Assembly: GCA_964569245.1 (NCBI GenBank) | Contig: CAZMTK010000008.1 | Location: 30,938-94,937, forward strand | Length of the DNA: 64,000 bases | From: an uncultured bacterium | Lineage (GTDB): Bacteria; Fermentibacterota; Fermentibacteria; Fermentibacterales; Fermentibacteraceae | Reading direction: 5' to 3' | In this document: positions 27,901 to 38,900 of the stretch, piece by piece | Layout of the letters: each line of letters opens with the position of its first letter | Numbering within the stretch: position 1 is the stretch's first letter | The notes under the pieces: generated by a model | Seen by the model: only the letters and a program-made list of their open reading frames with translations | What the model was told of the DNA's origin: nothing | Databases searched by the model: none | Translations under genes and position numbers: made by a program

Positions 27901-29339
27901 CTCACACCTCCGCCCACCGTTATTCCGCGGAAGCGCGCCGGGCTCGCGCCGTGGGTCATCCTCGCCGACTGTGGCGGCTCGCCCTTTCCGCAGTTGAGAA
28001 GGCCCATCGGCTGGAAGAACCGCTCGTCGGCCACGCCATCGCAGCTTCCCCAGAACTCCGTCGTCCTAGAGCCGTACAGGACCTTCTTCAGAGGGCGGCC
28101 GAGCCTCCCGTTCCTGATCTCTCGGAACCTGTCGCCTCCGAACTGGAAGTTCACCCTGTTCTGGTCGATGCTGAAGGAGCCTCTGCCCTCGATGAATATG
28201 CCGAGCCTGACCCCTGCGATGAGCTCCTCGGGTGTCGTCCGATTCCTCGACGGCTCGAGGTAGAAGTTGGGCTGGCGGTTGATGGGGAAGCTCCCGAAGT
28301 CCTGCGCCCGGCTGCACCCCCTGCTCGAGCTCCTGCCTGCGAGGAGGGCTGTGTCTCTGACGGTGCCGAACTCCTGGAACACTCCATCCTTCACCAGGTG
28401 CCACTTCTGACAGGGAACGCAGTCGTCATCCCATCCCCAGCTTGCCAGTCCCCATGGAAGCGTGTTGTCGGCGATGAAGTTCACGATATCAGACCCGTAC
28501 TTCAGCCGCCCCTGGTCGGACAGCCTGACGAAGCTCCTTCCGGCATAGTTGGCCTCCCAGCCCAGCGCCCTGTCGCTCTCTGTGGGATGGCCTACGGACT
28601 CGTGCATGGTCAGGGAGAGGTTGTGCCCGTCGAGCACCAGGTCCATCGTCCCGGCCGGCCCCTCTTCCGCCATGACCTTCTCTATGGCTTCCTCGCGCAG
28701 CCTCTCTGACGACTCCACGAGGCGGTTCTCCTCGATCCACTCCCATCCCGCTGCTCGGGCTCCGCACTGCAGCGTCCTGCTCTGGGAGTCGCCCTCGTGA
28801 TTGGCGTGGACGACCAGGGTCGGCTGCGTGTGGATCAGCTTCGAGGACACCAGAGAGCCCTCGGTGCTCGCCACGACGCGGTCGATCCTCTCTGCGTAGA
28901 GCTGCGCCCATGTGAGGCCCACGCGGGCATCCGCGTTCATGACCTCCGAGCACTTCTCGAGCAGGCCGATCTTCTCGAGCCTGTCCACCTCGAAGGGGTC
29001 ACGCACGCAGGGCGACTCGTAGCTGCCCCTCTGCGGCTCCAGTGCAGCGAGTCTCACGCCTCCTGCGTCAGATTCGGCCCCGCTGCGCGCGATTCTGATC
29101 GCCCTCTCCACGGCGCTCCTGACGCTTTCCATGGACAGGCCGGTGCTGGACGCGAACCCCCAGCATCCGCCTACCAGCGCCCTGACACCTACTCCCTCGG
29201 AGCTGCGGAGGGACGCCTCCTCGAGCCTGCGTCCACGGAATGTGATCCGCTCGAGCGATCGGCTCTCGACCCTCGCATCACCGTACTGCACGCCTCCGGC
29301 GGCGAGCTCCGCGACTGCCTTGTCGGCGAGTTCCCTCAT
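27897..29339 (-). CDS. tldD: Metalloprotease TldD
   Basis: HESVGH metal-binding motif and GxC-rich TldD blocks; 480 aa. Confidence 0.85.
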   Translation of the reverse strand: MRELADKAVAELAAGGVQYGDARVESRSLERITFRGRRLEEASLRSSEGVGVRALVGGCWGFASSTGLSMESVRSAVERAIRIARSGAESDAGGVRLAALEPQRGSYESPCVRDPFEVDRLEKIGLLEKCSEVMNADARVGLTWAQLYAERIDRVVASTEGSLVSSKLIHTQPTLVVHANHEGDSQSRTLQCGARAAGWEWIEENRLVESSERLREEAIEKVMAEEGPAGTMDLVLDGHNLSLTMHESVGHPTESDRALGWEANYAGRSFVRLSDQGRLKYGSDIVNFIADNTLPWGLASWGWDDDCVPCQKWHLVKDGVFQEFGTVRDTALLAGRSSSRGCSRAQDFGSFPINRQPNFYLEPSRNRTTPEELIAGVRLGIFIEGRGSFSIDQNRVNFQFGGDRFREIRNGRLGRPLKKVLYGSRTTEFWGSCDGVADERFFQPMGLLNCGKGEPPQSARMTHGASPARFRGITVGGGVR

Positions 29340-29797
29340 CGGGTCTTGTCGTCTCCTTCCCCGCCATCGGCGACCTCAGCCCTCCTGAGCACGGCGGTTA
29401 TCCTCATCTGGAATCCCCTGCTTCTCGACAGCAGCTTCGAGAGCGCAAGAGCGGCCGCCAGGCCCGCAGCCAGGCCGCAGAGCGCCCTGACGGAATCTCC
29501 GGAGCCCGTGCCGTCGCCGGGAGAGAGCAGGAGCACGATGACGAGGGACGCGACCGGGAGGAGGAAGAGCGTTCCGGAGAGCATGAGGGCGGCAGCCGGC
29601 GCCAGCTCGACCTCCACCCTGTCCCCCGCCTTCGAGCCCAGAGGGTCAAGCACGCGCACCTCCCTGCTCTTCCGCATTCCGGAGCAAAGGATGCCGCACC
29701 CCTCCCGCCCGCCGCATGCACTGCAGCCGTCCGCGCCCGAGAGCGCGACGAGAGCTTCCCCGCCGGACGATTCAACCACCATGCCGTACTGCTTCAT
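29336..29797 (-). CDS. RseC/MucC-family protein (SoxR-reducing-system/sigma-E regulator-like)
   Basis: N-terminal Cys cluster (CSACGGREGCGILC) followed by two TM helices, as in RseC. 4-nt overlap with tldD. Confidence 0.55.
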   Translation of the reverse strand: MKQYGMVVESSGGEALVALSGADGCSACGGREGCGILCSGMRKSREVRVLDPLGSKAGDRVEVELAPAAALMLSGTLFLLPVASLVIVLLLSPGDGTGSGDSVRALCGLAAGLAAALALSKLLSRSRGFQMRITAVLRRAEVADGGEGDDKTR

Positions 29798-29848
29798 GCT
29801 CCGCTCCCTTATGTTGAGTATTGCTGATGTCCTGGTGTTGCGACCAGT

Positions 29849-32383
29849 ATGTCACCCGGGAGGTGGGATTTGCTGCTGTTCGCTCTTGCTGCTATCGCTT
29901 CGGCCAGCCATTCGGAAGGATTCGACCGGCTGATCGCTCTCAGGAGGTTCGAAGATGCCCTGGCAGAGGCGACGACCGACAGCGCCAGAGCGGAGGTTCT
30001 GGAGGCGGCCGGCGAGTTCGCGGCGGCGGCTTCGCTCTGGCAGGAGATCCTGGACGACGGCTGGAGCCCGAGAGCCTTCGCCGGGAAATGGGAGGCGATC
30101 TCTTCCTGCGCATCGGATCCGGCGCTTGCCGGAAGGCTCCTCTCTGAGGAGATCTGCGGCATTCCCGGCGACCCGGGACCGGATGGGCTCCTTTCGCTCT
30201 GTCGCTCGGCTTCAGACCTCGGGCAGAGCGCTCTTGCGGACAGCCTGGCAGGCGAGCTTCTCGAGTCATGGCCGCGCTCCCGGGAGGCGATGGAATACCT
30301 TGCGGGGGAGTTCTACGACGTGCAGTACCCGGTCTGGAGCGACGACTCCGCGAAGATCGCCGTTCTGAGGGATTTCATCGAGCGCCGGGGACGCTTCTCC
30401 GGGTTCTGGAGATCCCGGGCCTGGCAGTACCTGCTCGGATCGCTTCTCTCGACCGCGGACTCGACCGACTGGCGGGAGGTCCACGGGGAATGGCTGGCCT
30501 CCTGCCCGGAGAGCCCCCAGGCCTGGCTCACCGGGGCCGCGCTCCTCATCGACAGGGATTCCTCCTTCTCCGAGGCTCTCTCGATGACGGACTCCTGCGC
30601 TGCGCTGCTGGAGGAGGGATGGCGGCCGGAGGACATCGCGCCGGGCGAGGCCGCCCTCGTCGAGACCTCGATCAGGCTCGAGCTCGCCTTCAGACGCGCA
30701 CAGGCGCTGCTCGGGACGGGAAGACCCGCGGACGCAGCCCGGATTCTCGAGCCGGTGCTGGAGCCCGGCTCGGACGGAGGGCCTGACGGGAACGCGACGA
30801 CCGCTGCCTGCTGGTGGCTCATGGGAAGGATTCTGCATAGGGCCAACAGCCCAGGCGCCGACAGGGCGTTCCTCGAGGCCGCTGCGAGGGGCGACGTCGG
30901 AAACCGCTGGACACCTCTCGCGATCGAGGCGCTGGAGTCGCTGGGAGGGGAAGGCTGGCTCGACTGGGCGAGGCGCGAAACTGGCTACGGCGGGCCGGTC
31001 TTCCAGGACGCGACGGGCATGCTCACGACCGACAGCGTGCTTCCCGGAGGGCGCATCTCCTGGTTCGACTACGACGGGGACGGCTGGGAGGATCTCCTCT
31101 GCGGCTGCAGACTATGGCGGAACATCGAAGGGCGTGCCTTCGAGGAGGTCACGGAGTCCTCGGGGCTCTCGGCATTCGTGTTCACGGGAGGCATCGGGGG
31201 CGATCTGGACGGAGACGGAGACGCCGACCTGGTGGCTTCAGGCGATCCGCCGCTGATTCTCCTCGACGAGGAAGGCCGCTTCGAGAACATGTCGTGCGCC
31301 ATGGGCATGCACCCCACGGAAGGGCCTGTGGAGGGCGTCGGCCTGCTTGACTGGAATGCGGACGGCCTCCTGGACATCTACCTGGCCTGCTACGAGCGAT
31401 CGGGATCACTGGGCGAGGGCTGCCCCGACGTCTTCCTGCTGGGCGGCGAGGACGGCTTCACGAGCGCGGCTGTGCAGACGGGGATGGTCACATGGAGGGA
31501 CATCCCTCTGTGCGGGCGCGGGGTCAGCCCCTGCGACTTCGACCGCGACGGCGACATCGACATCTTCGTGTCCGTGTACAGGCTCCAGGAGAATCTAATG
31601 TGGGTGAACGAGGGCGGAGCGGCCAGGAACTCGGCGCTGGAACTCGGAATCGCGGGAGCCGAGAAGGACGGCTGGTGGGGCCACACGATCGGGAGCGCAT
31701 GGGCGGACTTCGACAACGACGGCGACTGGGACCTCTTCAGCGCCAACCTGGCGCATCCCAGATACATCGACATATCCGACCGCAGCATGCTCCTGGTGAA
31801 CGACTCCGGCTCCTTCCACGACGAGAGGGCCCTTCGAGGGATACGCTACGAGGAGACGCACTCAGTTCCGGTCTGGGGGGATTTCGACTGTGACGGCCTG
31901 CTGGACCTCTACATCACCTCCATCTACGAGGGGAGGCGGAGCTTCCTCTACAGGCAGCTTCCTGACGGATCCTTCGAGGACGTCACCCTCCTGTCAGGCA
32001 CCAGGGTGATGAACGGATGGGGTGCTGCAGCGGCGGACTTCGACCAGGACGGCAGGCTGGACCTCGCCGTGGGCTCCGCGACAGGATCGAGGCTGTTCCG
32101 CAACGTCACGGAGGGCGGGAGCTGGCTCCTGGTGCGCGTCGAGCCCCCGGAGGGCGTGAACCCGTACGGCATCGGCTGCACGGTGGAGATCGAGAGCGGA
32201 GGAAGGGTCTTCCTCAGACAGATCCCGGGAGGAAGCGGAACCACCTGCCAGGACGGAGCCCTGCTGCACTTCGGACTGGGAGCCTGCGGAGAGGCCTCCT
32301 GGAGGCTCTACGTGCCGGGAGAAGCGTCGCCTGCGGCTTCGGGAAGGCTTGACGGCGTCTGCCGGCTCGTCACCGTCCCCTGA
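29849..32383 (+). CDS. CRTAC1-family protein: N-terminal TPR region, FG-GAP/VCBS beta-propeller repeats, C-terminal ASPIC/UnbV domain
   Basis: Repeated DxDGDGxxDL calcium-binding FG-GAP motifs and a terminal UnbV/ASPIC signature (IPGGSGTTCQDGALLHFGLG). Signal peptide at the N-terminus. Confidence 0.7.
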   Translation: MSPGRWDLLLFALAAIASASHSEGFDRLIALRRFEDALAEATTDSARAEVLEAAGEFAAAASLWQEILDDGWSPRAFAGKWEAISSCASDPALAGRLLSEEICGIPGDPGPDGLLSLCRSASDLGQSALADSLAGELLESWPRSREAMEYLAGEFYDVQYPVWSDDSAKIAVLRDFIERRGRFSGFWRSRAWQYLLGSLLSTADSTDWREVHGEWLASCPESPQAWLTGAALLIDRDSSFSEALSMTDSCAALLEEGWRPEDIAPGEAALVETSIRLELAFRRAQALLGTGRPADAARILEPVLEPGSDGGPDGNATTAACWWLMGRILHRANSPGADRAFLEAAARGDVGNRWTPLAIEALESLGGEGWLDWARRETGYGGPVFQDATGMLTTDSVLPGGRISWFDYDGDGWEDLLCGCRLWRNIEGRAFEEVTESSGLSAFVFTGGIGGDLDGDGDADLVASGDPPLILLDEEGRFENMSCAMGMHPTEGPVEGVGLLDWNADGLLDIYLACYERSGSLGEGCPDVFLLGGEDGFTSAAVQTGMVTWRDIPLCGRGVSPCDFDRDGDIDIFVSVYRLQENLMWVNEGGAARNSALELGIAGAEKDGWWGHTIGSAWADFDNDGDWDLFSANLAHPRYIDISDRSMLLVNDSGSFHDERALRGIRYEETHSVPVWGDFDCDGLLDLYITSIYEGRRSFLYRQLPDGSFEDVTLLSGTRVMNGWGAAAADFDQDGRLDLAVGSATGSRLFRNVTEGGSWLLVRVEPPEGVNPYGIGCTVEIESGGRVFLRQIPGGSGTTCQDGALLHFGLGACGEASWRLYVPGEASPAASGRLDGVCRLVTVP

Positions 32384-32397
32384 AGCGGCCGGGGCGG

Positions 32398-33306
32398 TCA
32401 GGAACCGGGCAGCAGCTCCGTTAGAGCGACTCCCGTCGAGTCCATGACCATCGTGGTCCTGCCGCAGTCGCCGCTCTCCAGGGCCATCCTGCCCGACGTG
32501 ATCTCCACGCTCCAGACCGTGTCGAACCTGCCGGCCGGTGCGATGTAGACCACCCCCTTCGCGGCGTCGAAAAGCATCGATGCGCGGGTCGGGCAATCCT
32601 CGCTCGTGTTGCGCGCCGTCTCCAGCACCGCCATGCCCCGCTCCGGCGTCATTGCGCCCTCCACCGCCACCAGGGACTCGACGGCGATCCTGTATCTGTC
32701 GGCACCGCATCCGTCCATGACGGCGGGGCTGGCGTCCCGCCAGGCACAGCACATGAAGTTGGTCATGACCATGAAGGGCTCGGTCGTGCGCTCGAGCACC
32801 TCGTTGCCGCTCTCTCCGACTTCTATGACCATGGCGTCGCCGGAGGCGTCTGCGACGATCACGTGCAGGGGCGTGTCTTCGCACTGGACGAAGGTGTCGT
32901 TCGCGACGAGATCCCTGATATCGGCCATGTCGGCGCCCCTCAGCAAAAGGGCGTAGAACGGCCAGAAGATGAACGCATTCCCGGAGTCGGGCGAAGGGCC
33001 GGTCCACGGGGCATCGGTGACCTGGAGGGCCGAGAACCGGCCGTCGGCCGTCATGCCTGCCGTCGGGACGGGACCGTCCGCAGTCACGAACGACATCGTG
33101 AAGGACCGCGAGCCCTCCATGTCGGTCTGGATCCTGAAAAGGATCTCCATCTCCGGGTGCCAGTCGAAGTTCATGCCGTACCAGGCCGACCCGGAGGAGT
33201 AGTCCACGAAGCTGGTGCAGGCGGAAGACGCTCCCCGGGACAGGAGGGCCAGGGCAGCAGCCGCGGCGAGAGCCGGGGCGACGCCGGACCCGGCTCTACC
33301 GGGCAC
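32398..33306 (-). CDS. Choloylglycine hydrolase / linear amide C-N hydrolase (Ntn-hydrolase, CBAH/PVA family)
   Basis: GTG start at 33306 gives signal peptide ...LLSRGASSA followed by CTSF. An N-terminal nucleophile Cys right after the signal-peptidase site is the hallmark of this family. The remaining 5' part of the 539-aa track ORF is Arg-rich junk overlapping the neighbouring gene out of frame. Confidence 0.6.
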   Translation of the reverse strand: MPGRAGSGVAPALAAAAALALLSRGASSACTSFVDYSSGSAWYGMNFDWHPEMEILFRIQTDMEGSRSFTMSFVTADGPVPTAGMTADGRFSALQVTDAPWTGPSPDSGNAFIFWPFYALLLRGADMADIRDLVANDTFVQCEDTPLHVIVADASGDAMVIEVGESGNEVLERTTEPFMVMTNFMCCAWRDASPAVMDGCGADRYRIAVESLVAVEGAMTPERGMAVLETARNTSEDCPTRASMLFDAAKGVVYIAPAGRFDTVWSVEITSGRMALESGDCGRTTMVMDSTGVALTELLPGS

Positions 33307-33323
33307 TGGGCCCGCCTTCGCCT

Positions 33324-34211
33324 TCAGGGCTCCCAGCCGGCGAGCCTGGCAGCCATCCACCACACCGCCCGGCCCTTCTGCTCGCAGCTCTCGAATGTCG
33401 TATGTCCGGCCTCGTCGCCGTAGAACTCGGGGTGCTCCACCGGGAACTCGTGACCCTCGTACGTGTCCGTCGCCTGCTCCCAGCCGCTTGCCGGGTCGTA
33501 CCACCAGCTGTCGAGGTCCTCGAAGTCGAAGAGCATCCTGTCGTGCTCCTCGCAGTAGTTCCTGATCTGCTGGTTCCTCTGCGCCCTGTTCCAGCCCTCC
33601 GCCCCCGTTGCCTGGGCGTTGCCCGTGAAATAGACGAAGGTCACCTCGGGATACTCGGATTCGAGCTGAGTCATGGCGTCCAGATACTCCTGAACCTCGG
33701 CCTCGGAGTAGTAGTCGCACTGCGTGCACCAGGCCCACATGGAAACGTTGAGGGCCGGGTTCCCGTCGAGCACTTCGCGGGTCATGTCCATGCCGTTCCC
33801 GCCCTGCCAGTACAGGTCCGGTGTGATGTAGGTCTCTCCAGCCTGGCCGTCGAAGATGCACAGGGCTCCTGGCGCTTCCGGCAGCACGCAATAGCCGATC
33901 TCGACGTCCAGGTCGGGGTCGGACGACTCCAGCCGCTCGAGGCCGACGGTAAGCTGCTCGCCGTGCGACGTGTGAGCGTAGTGGACCTTCAGCAGCGCCT
34001 GGGCGGAGTCGATCCATGCCGGGGGTATCAGGGCGATGTCAGTGCAGTTGTGGTCGATCGTGAACCCGTCCCCGGGCTCGATGTCAGGTCCCGGGCCGGC
34101 GGGCCCTCCCCCGCAGGCGGACAGGAGGAGAAGCAGGAACATGGAAAGAGCACCCGACGGAAAGGTACCGGGCAGGATGGCGTCCATCTTCATCTTCCTC
34201 CTCGCGGACAT
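33324..34211 (-). CDS. Hypothetical lipoprotein
   Basis: Lipobox LLLLSAC; 295 aa; acidic and Trp/Tyr-rich; no family recognised. Confidence 0.5.
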   Translation of the reverse strand: MSARRKMKMDAILPGTFPSGALSMFLLLLLSACGGGPAGPGPDIEPGDGFTIDHNCTDIALIPPAWIDSAQALLKVHYAHTSHGEQLTVGLERLESSDPDLDVEIGYCVLPEAPGALCIFDGQAGETYITPDLYWQGGNGMDMTREVLDGNPALNVSMWAWCTQCDYYSEAEVQEYLDAMTQLESEYPEVTFVYFTGNAQATGAEGWNRAQRNQQIRNYCEEHDRMLFDFEDLDSWWYDPASGWEQATDTYEGHEFPVEHPEFYGDEAGHTTFESCEQKGRAVWWMAARLAGWEP

Positions 34212-34235
34212 TCCTGGCGCACCGGAATTCGAGCC

Positions 34236-35102
34236 TCAGTCGAACAGGGTCTTGATGGAGCCCCATGTCGCCGAACCGAGACCGATCCCGAGGTCTATGT
34301 CGAGCTCGGCGATATGGAAGGCGCCTGCTGCATCCTCGTAGGACCAGAAGAAGGTGCCTCGCTGATAGCTGTAGTCCAGGCCGAGCGAGCGGCTGCATTC
34401 GACGGGGCAGTCGCACTCGCCGTAGAAGAAGAGGGTCCCTTCGCCGCTTCCGAAGAAGAAGAACCTGTGGTCGTAGAAGCATGTGAGGACGACTGGATTG
34501 TAGCCCAGTTCCGGGCATTCGAATCTTGCCAGCCCGCTGATCCTGGAATACACCGGGGGAGTCACCGAATACACCTGCGGCGGTATGGAAGGCTCCCAGG
34601 GGCTGTAGTCCACGACCGCCTTGGAGGAGTAATAGTTGTGAGACACCCAGGCATGGTACGAGCCCTGGTTGTCGTGGCCGGTGCAGGAGCCCATGGTGTA
34701 GTCCCAGCCGAGAAACTGGAGCTCTCCGTTGAAGTACCTGAAGAACTTCGCTTCGGAGTTGTCGAAAGTGTACCCGTCCTGGGCGTCGGGCAGGGACTGG
34801 ATGGAGGAGTAGTCGAAGGCATCGGCGTTGGTAGTCGCGAGGTCGAAGCCGCCGATCTGCCCGAAGCCGTCCAGTGCCGCCTTGAACACATGCCCGTCGG
34901 CGCTGCTCACGAAGAACAGGTAGTCGCAGCCGTACGGGCAGTCGAGGCCCAGCACCTCCCCGGCGTAGTCTATCGCTGCGTCCTGGAGGATCTCCACGGT
35001 GATGAAACGCCCGGACACGGGTGCGGCACCGGAGATCTGCGCCTGCAGGTGGCCGTCAGTCCCGGTCAGCACGACGGCGGCGAGCAAGAGACCCGGCATC
35101 AT
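34236..35102 (-). CDS. Hypothetical secreted Tyr/Gly/Asp-rich protein
   Basis: Signal peptide MMPGLLLAAVVLTG; several Cys pairs; no recognisable domain. Confidence 0.5.
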   Translation of the reverse strand: MMPGLLLAAVVLTGTDGHLQAQISGAAPVSGRFITVEILQDAAIDYAGEVLGLDCPYGCDYLFFVSSADGHVFKAALDGFGQIGGFDLATTNADAFDYSSIQSLPDAQDGYTFDNSEAKFFRYFNGELQFLGWDYTMGSCTGHDNQGSYHAWVSHNYYSSKAVVDYSPWEPSIPPQVYSVTPPVYSRISGLARFECPELGYNPVVLTCFYDHRFFFFGSGEGTLFFYGECDCPVECSRSLGLDYSYQRGTFFWSYEDAAGAFHIAELDIDLGIGLGSATWGSIKTLFD

Positions 35103-35189
35103 GCCTCCACCGAAGGGCCTGCAGGAAGATATGGGGCTGAACCAGGCAGGTAAACATCTCTCCGGCCTCCCCGGAGGGACTGGCAGCGA

Positions 35190-35942
35190 TCAGCGGGCGC
35201 GGCGCGAGGCTTCCCTGAGAGCCAGGTATTTCCACCAGACATAGACGGCCGAGCTCACTGAGGCGGCAAGCCCCGGTACTCCGTCAAGAAGACCGAGCTG
35301 CATGAACAGCGCACGGAACAGCCTCCACTGCGGACGCAGGAGCAGGTCGGCCAACGAGCAGGTCCTGCCGGCGGCTGCCTCCTGCGAAGCCCAGAGCTCC
35401 GCATACCTCGCCATCCTGGCGATGTGGTCAGGGATGGAATCATACGGATCGTGCTCGATCCACGCACCGCGCAGGAGCCTGGCCGGGGCTTCAGCGCGCA
35501 GTTTCTCGTGCACCAGTTCGCAGCCGAAGCGCGCACGGCCCCTCCTGAAGAGCCTCAGGGGCGCATCGCCCATCCAGGGGCCGAAGCGGAGCAGCCTGCC
35601 CATGTACCGGGTCCTCCTCCGGATTCTCCAGGCGTCGGCCATTCCCGAGCCGACGGCGGCGAGCACAGCTTCGCCCAGCCCCGGGCCGGCGACCTCGTCC
35701 GCGTCCATGACGAGCACCCAGTCGCCCGTCGCGCGGTCCACGGCGAACTGCTTCTGCTCGGAGAAGCCGTTGAACGGATGCTCGAAGACGATCGCGCCGA
35801 ACGACCTGGCGGCCTCGGCAGTGCCGTCGGTGCTGCCCGAATCGACGACGACGACCATCTCGTCCGCGAATCCGGCCGAGCCCAGGCAGCGGGGGAGATC
35901 CCTCTCCTCGTTCCTCGCTATCGTCACGAGAGAGAGGCTCAC
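35190..35942 (-). CDS. Glycosyltransferase family 2
   Basis: LSLVTIARNEE...VDSGSTDGT...DADE motifs; 4-nt overlap with the downstream cyclase-STAND gene. Confidence 0.75.
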   Translation of the reverse strand: MSLSLVTIARNEERDLPRCLGSAGFADEMVVVVDSGSTDGTAEAARSFGAIVFEHPFNGFSEQKQFAVDRATGDWVLVMDADEVAGPGLGEAVLAAVGSGMADAWRIRRRTRYMGRLLRFGPWMGDAPLRLFRRGRARFGCELVHEKLRAEAPARLLRGAWIEHDPYDSIPDHIARMARYAELWASQEAAAGRTCSLADLLLRPQWRLFRALFMQLGLLDGVPGLAASVSSAVYVWWKYLALREASRRAR

Positions 35943-38900
35943 CTGGCGCGCTGCCCCGAGGCTTCGCGCCAGTTCCCCGGCACCGCCAGCGCCTCATCGG
36001 CGATGCCGAGGCCGAGAAGATGCTTCCTGAGCTCCGACACGGGAGAGGCGAGGTTCCTCCCCAGCCCCATGCTTTCCACTGCGCGGACGGATTCCTCGTA
36101 GACCCGCCGGGCATCCTCCACTCTTCCCTGCTTCGCCCAGACTCTCGCCATGAGGCACCTGGCATTGACCGCGGCCGGCTCGTTGCCGGCCTTCTCCTGC
36201 ATCTTCAGCGCCTCCTGGTATCTTGATACCGCGATGTCGAAGTCCCCCGACTCGTCGGCGAGGTTCCCCAGGTTCACGAGCGCCACCGCCTGTCCCTTGA
36301 CGTTTCCGGTCTCCCTGTGGATGAGCAGAGCCTTCTCGAAGCAGGCGCGCGCTTCGTCGATCCTATCGAGAGCGACATAGCAGTTGCCCATGTTGTTCAG
36401 AGCGATCCCCTCTCCGCGCCTCACCCCCAGCTCGGCATGGATCCGCATCGCTTCCTCGAAGCAGGCGAGAGCCTCGCCTATCTCCTCCCTCATTCCATGG
36501 AGGACTCCCAGGTTCGCAAGGACGATGCTGAGAACCCGCGGCTGACCTCTGCGCCTCTCGATGCCGAGGGCTTCCATGAAGGCCGCCAGAGCCTCGTCCA
36601 TCCTCCCCATGCAGATCAGGATCCCGCCCATCGAGACGAGGGTCAGGGCGACCTGCTTCTCCGCGCCCCTGCTCCTTGCCCGCGACAGCCCGACTCCGAT
36701 GATGGACAGCGCCTCGTCGAGCCTCCCCTGGGTTCTCAGCACGTCCGCCAGCACGAACCTCGCCGACACGGACCGCTCGAAGTTGCCGGATGCCTCGTAG
36801 AATGAGAGGCTCTCCTCGAGAAGGGGCCGGCCCTCCTCGGGTCTGCCGAGGTTCACGAGCGCGGTCCCGAGGGATCTCCGGGCGTCCGCCTCCTCCAGCG
36901 TGAGTCCGAGGGATCCGGCCAGGGACAGCGCTTCTCTGCAGAGCGTCTCGAGCCCAGGTTGGGGCCGGCTCTCGAGTATCTCGATCCTCACCATGAGCAC
37001 CCGGAGCTGCAGCTCGTCCCGCACGGGGCCCTCACCGACATCGCCCAGCCACTCCGTGAGCCTCGAAACCCATGCCTCGGCTGCGTCGAGCTGAAAGTTG
37101 CCGGCGAGAGAGGCGGCGGCCTCCGTGCCCTTTCGCACGGCCGACTCGGGCTCGCCCCCCCTCCACCAGTGCCAGGCCACCACGCCCGCGAGACCTGCAG
37201 AGCCCTGCACGGATAAAGCCTCCGCCGCCTTGGCCGCCCTCCTGTGCATGACCGTCCGGTTGTGGTGAAGGATCTGCTCGTAGGTTATCTCTCTCGCCAG
37301 AGGGCTGCTGAAGACCCTGGTCCTCGACTCGCCGCCTCCGCATGGTCCGATGAAGCGAAGAGAAGCCAGCACATCGAGAGCCCTCGAAGGCTCTATCCCC
37401 TCCTGTTCGCACAGAGCGGAGAACACCTCCTCGTCGAACTCCTCTCCGAGCACCGAGGCTATCTGGAGGGCACGCCTGATGTCGGAGGGGAGTCTGTCGA
37501 TCCTCGAACGGACAATCCCGGCGATGGACGAGGGAATGCAGTCGCCCTGCATCGCCGGACCGGGAGCGAACCTCTCTCCGTCGGGGACGAGAGCGCCCCT
37601 GCCTACGAGTTCGGAGAGCGTCTCCTCGATGTAGTAGGGATTGCCTTCGCACCGCTGCAGGATCCTGTCCTCGATGTCCCCCGGAACGGCCTCGAGCGGC
37701 GGATAGCCCAGCTTCGACCGCATCATCAGCCTCGCCGAGTCGTCGTCCAGGGGATGCAGGTGCACGGTGTGGAGGCTTATGTAGCCCGATGACATCGGGC
37801 TGGGACGGAAGGAGCACTCCTCCGTGTCCGACCTCTGGGAGACCAGCACCAGAAGCGGGATAGGGCTCTCGGTGTTGCACAGGACGAAATCGAGCGCCTC
37901 CATGGAAGCACTGTCGACCCACTGCATGTCCTCCAGCAGCAGGACGGGTCTTCGACCGGTCGAGGCGAGGGTTCTCACCAGGTTCCTGATCGCGACCTGC
38001 ATTCCCGAGCTCCAGGACTCGGCCGTCTCCTCTTCGGGCCTTCCGGGGGCTCCGGGTACGAGCAGGGCCTCCAGCTCCCTCATGGAGCCTGACAGCGGCT
38101 CTCCAGCCGAGCCCCCGCTCAGAGCCAAGGAGTCGACCGCCCTGCAGAGGTCCTCCAGCGACGGCCTGCCCCCTCCGGCCAGATTGCGCAGCAGCACCGT
38201 CCAAAGCCACCACGGAGGCTGGTCGAACGAGGCGGTTCTCGCGGCCATCAGGATCGTCCCGCCTCCGCGGGAATCCAGGAATTCGTGAATCAGCCTGGAC
38301 TTTCCGATGCCAGCCACTCCCTGCACGACCGCCACGACATGCCTGGGAGCTCCCCTGACGCCGATCCCCGGCCTGCTCCCCTGCTCCTCCCAGCATGCCT
38401 CCAGGGCTCCGAGCTCGGCATCCCGGCCTACGAGCGGCACGGGCTTTAGCGCGGACGCCCTCTCCCACCTCTCCAGCATCCTGCCCCCGAAGCCGTCCGC
38501 GCGCCATGTCCTGACCGTCTTGCTGCGGCCCCTGATCTGGAGATTGCCGAGGTCCGTCCACTCGAAGGTGTCCGAGCACATGTCGTGGACCCTGCCGGAT
38601 GCGAAGAGCGAGTTGGTGTCCGCCATCCCCTCGAGCCTGGATGCCACGTTCACTTCGTCGCCGGTAGCCGTCAGGTGGCCGGCAGCGTCGGGCGCGACGG
38701 TGACCGAGCCGTAGCTGAGGCCTACCCTGGCGCCGAGCGACAGGCCGGACTGCTCGAGGACGGGCCCGAGATCGCGCACGAGCTGGAGCATCCTGAGTCC
38801 GCAGGTGACCGCCCTCGTGCAGTCGTCCTCGGTGGCCTCTCTGGCGCCGAAAAGGGCCATGACGCGGTCACCTTCGAACTTGTCAATGTATCCGCCCAGG

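Noticed and set aside
33307-34017. 5' 237 codons of the 539-aa ORF
   Set aside because: Arg-rich nonsense overlapping the lipoprotein gene. The Ntn-hydrolase begins at its signal peptide (GTG 33306).
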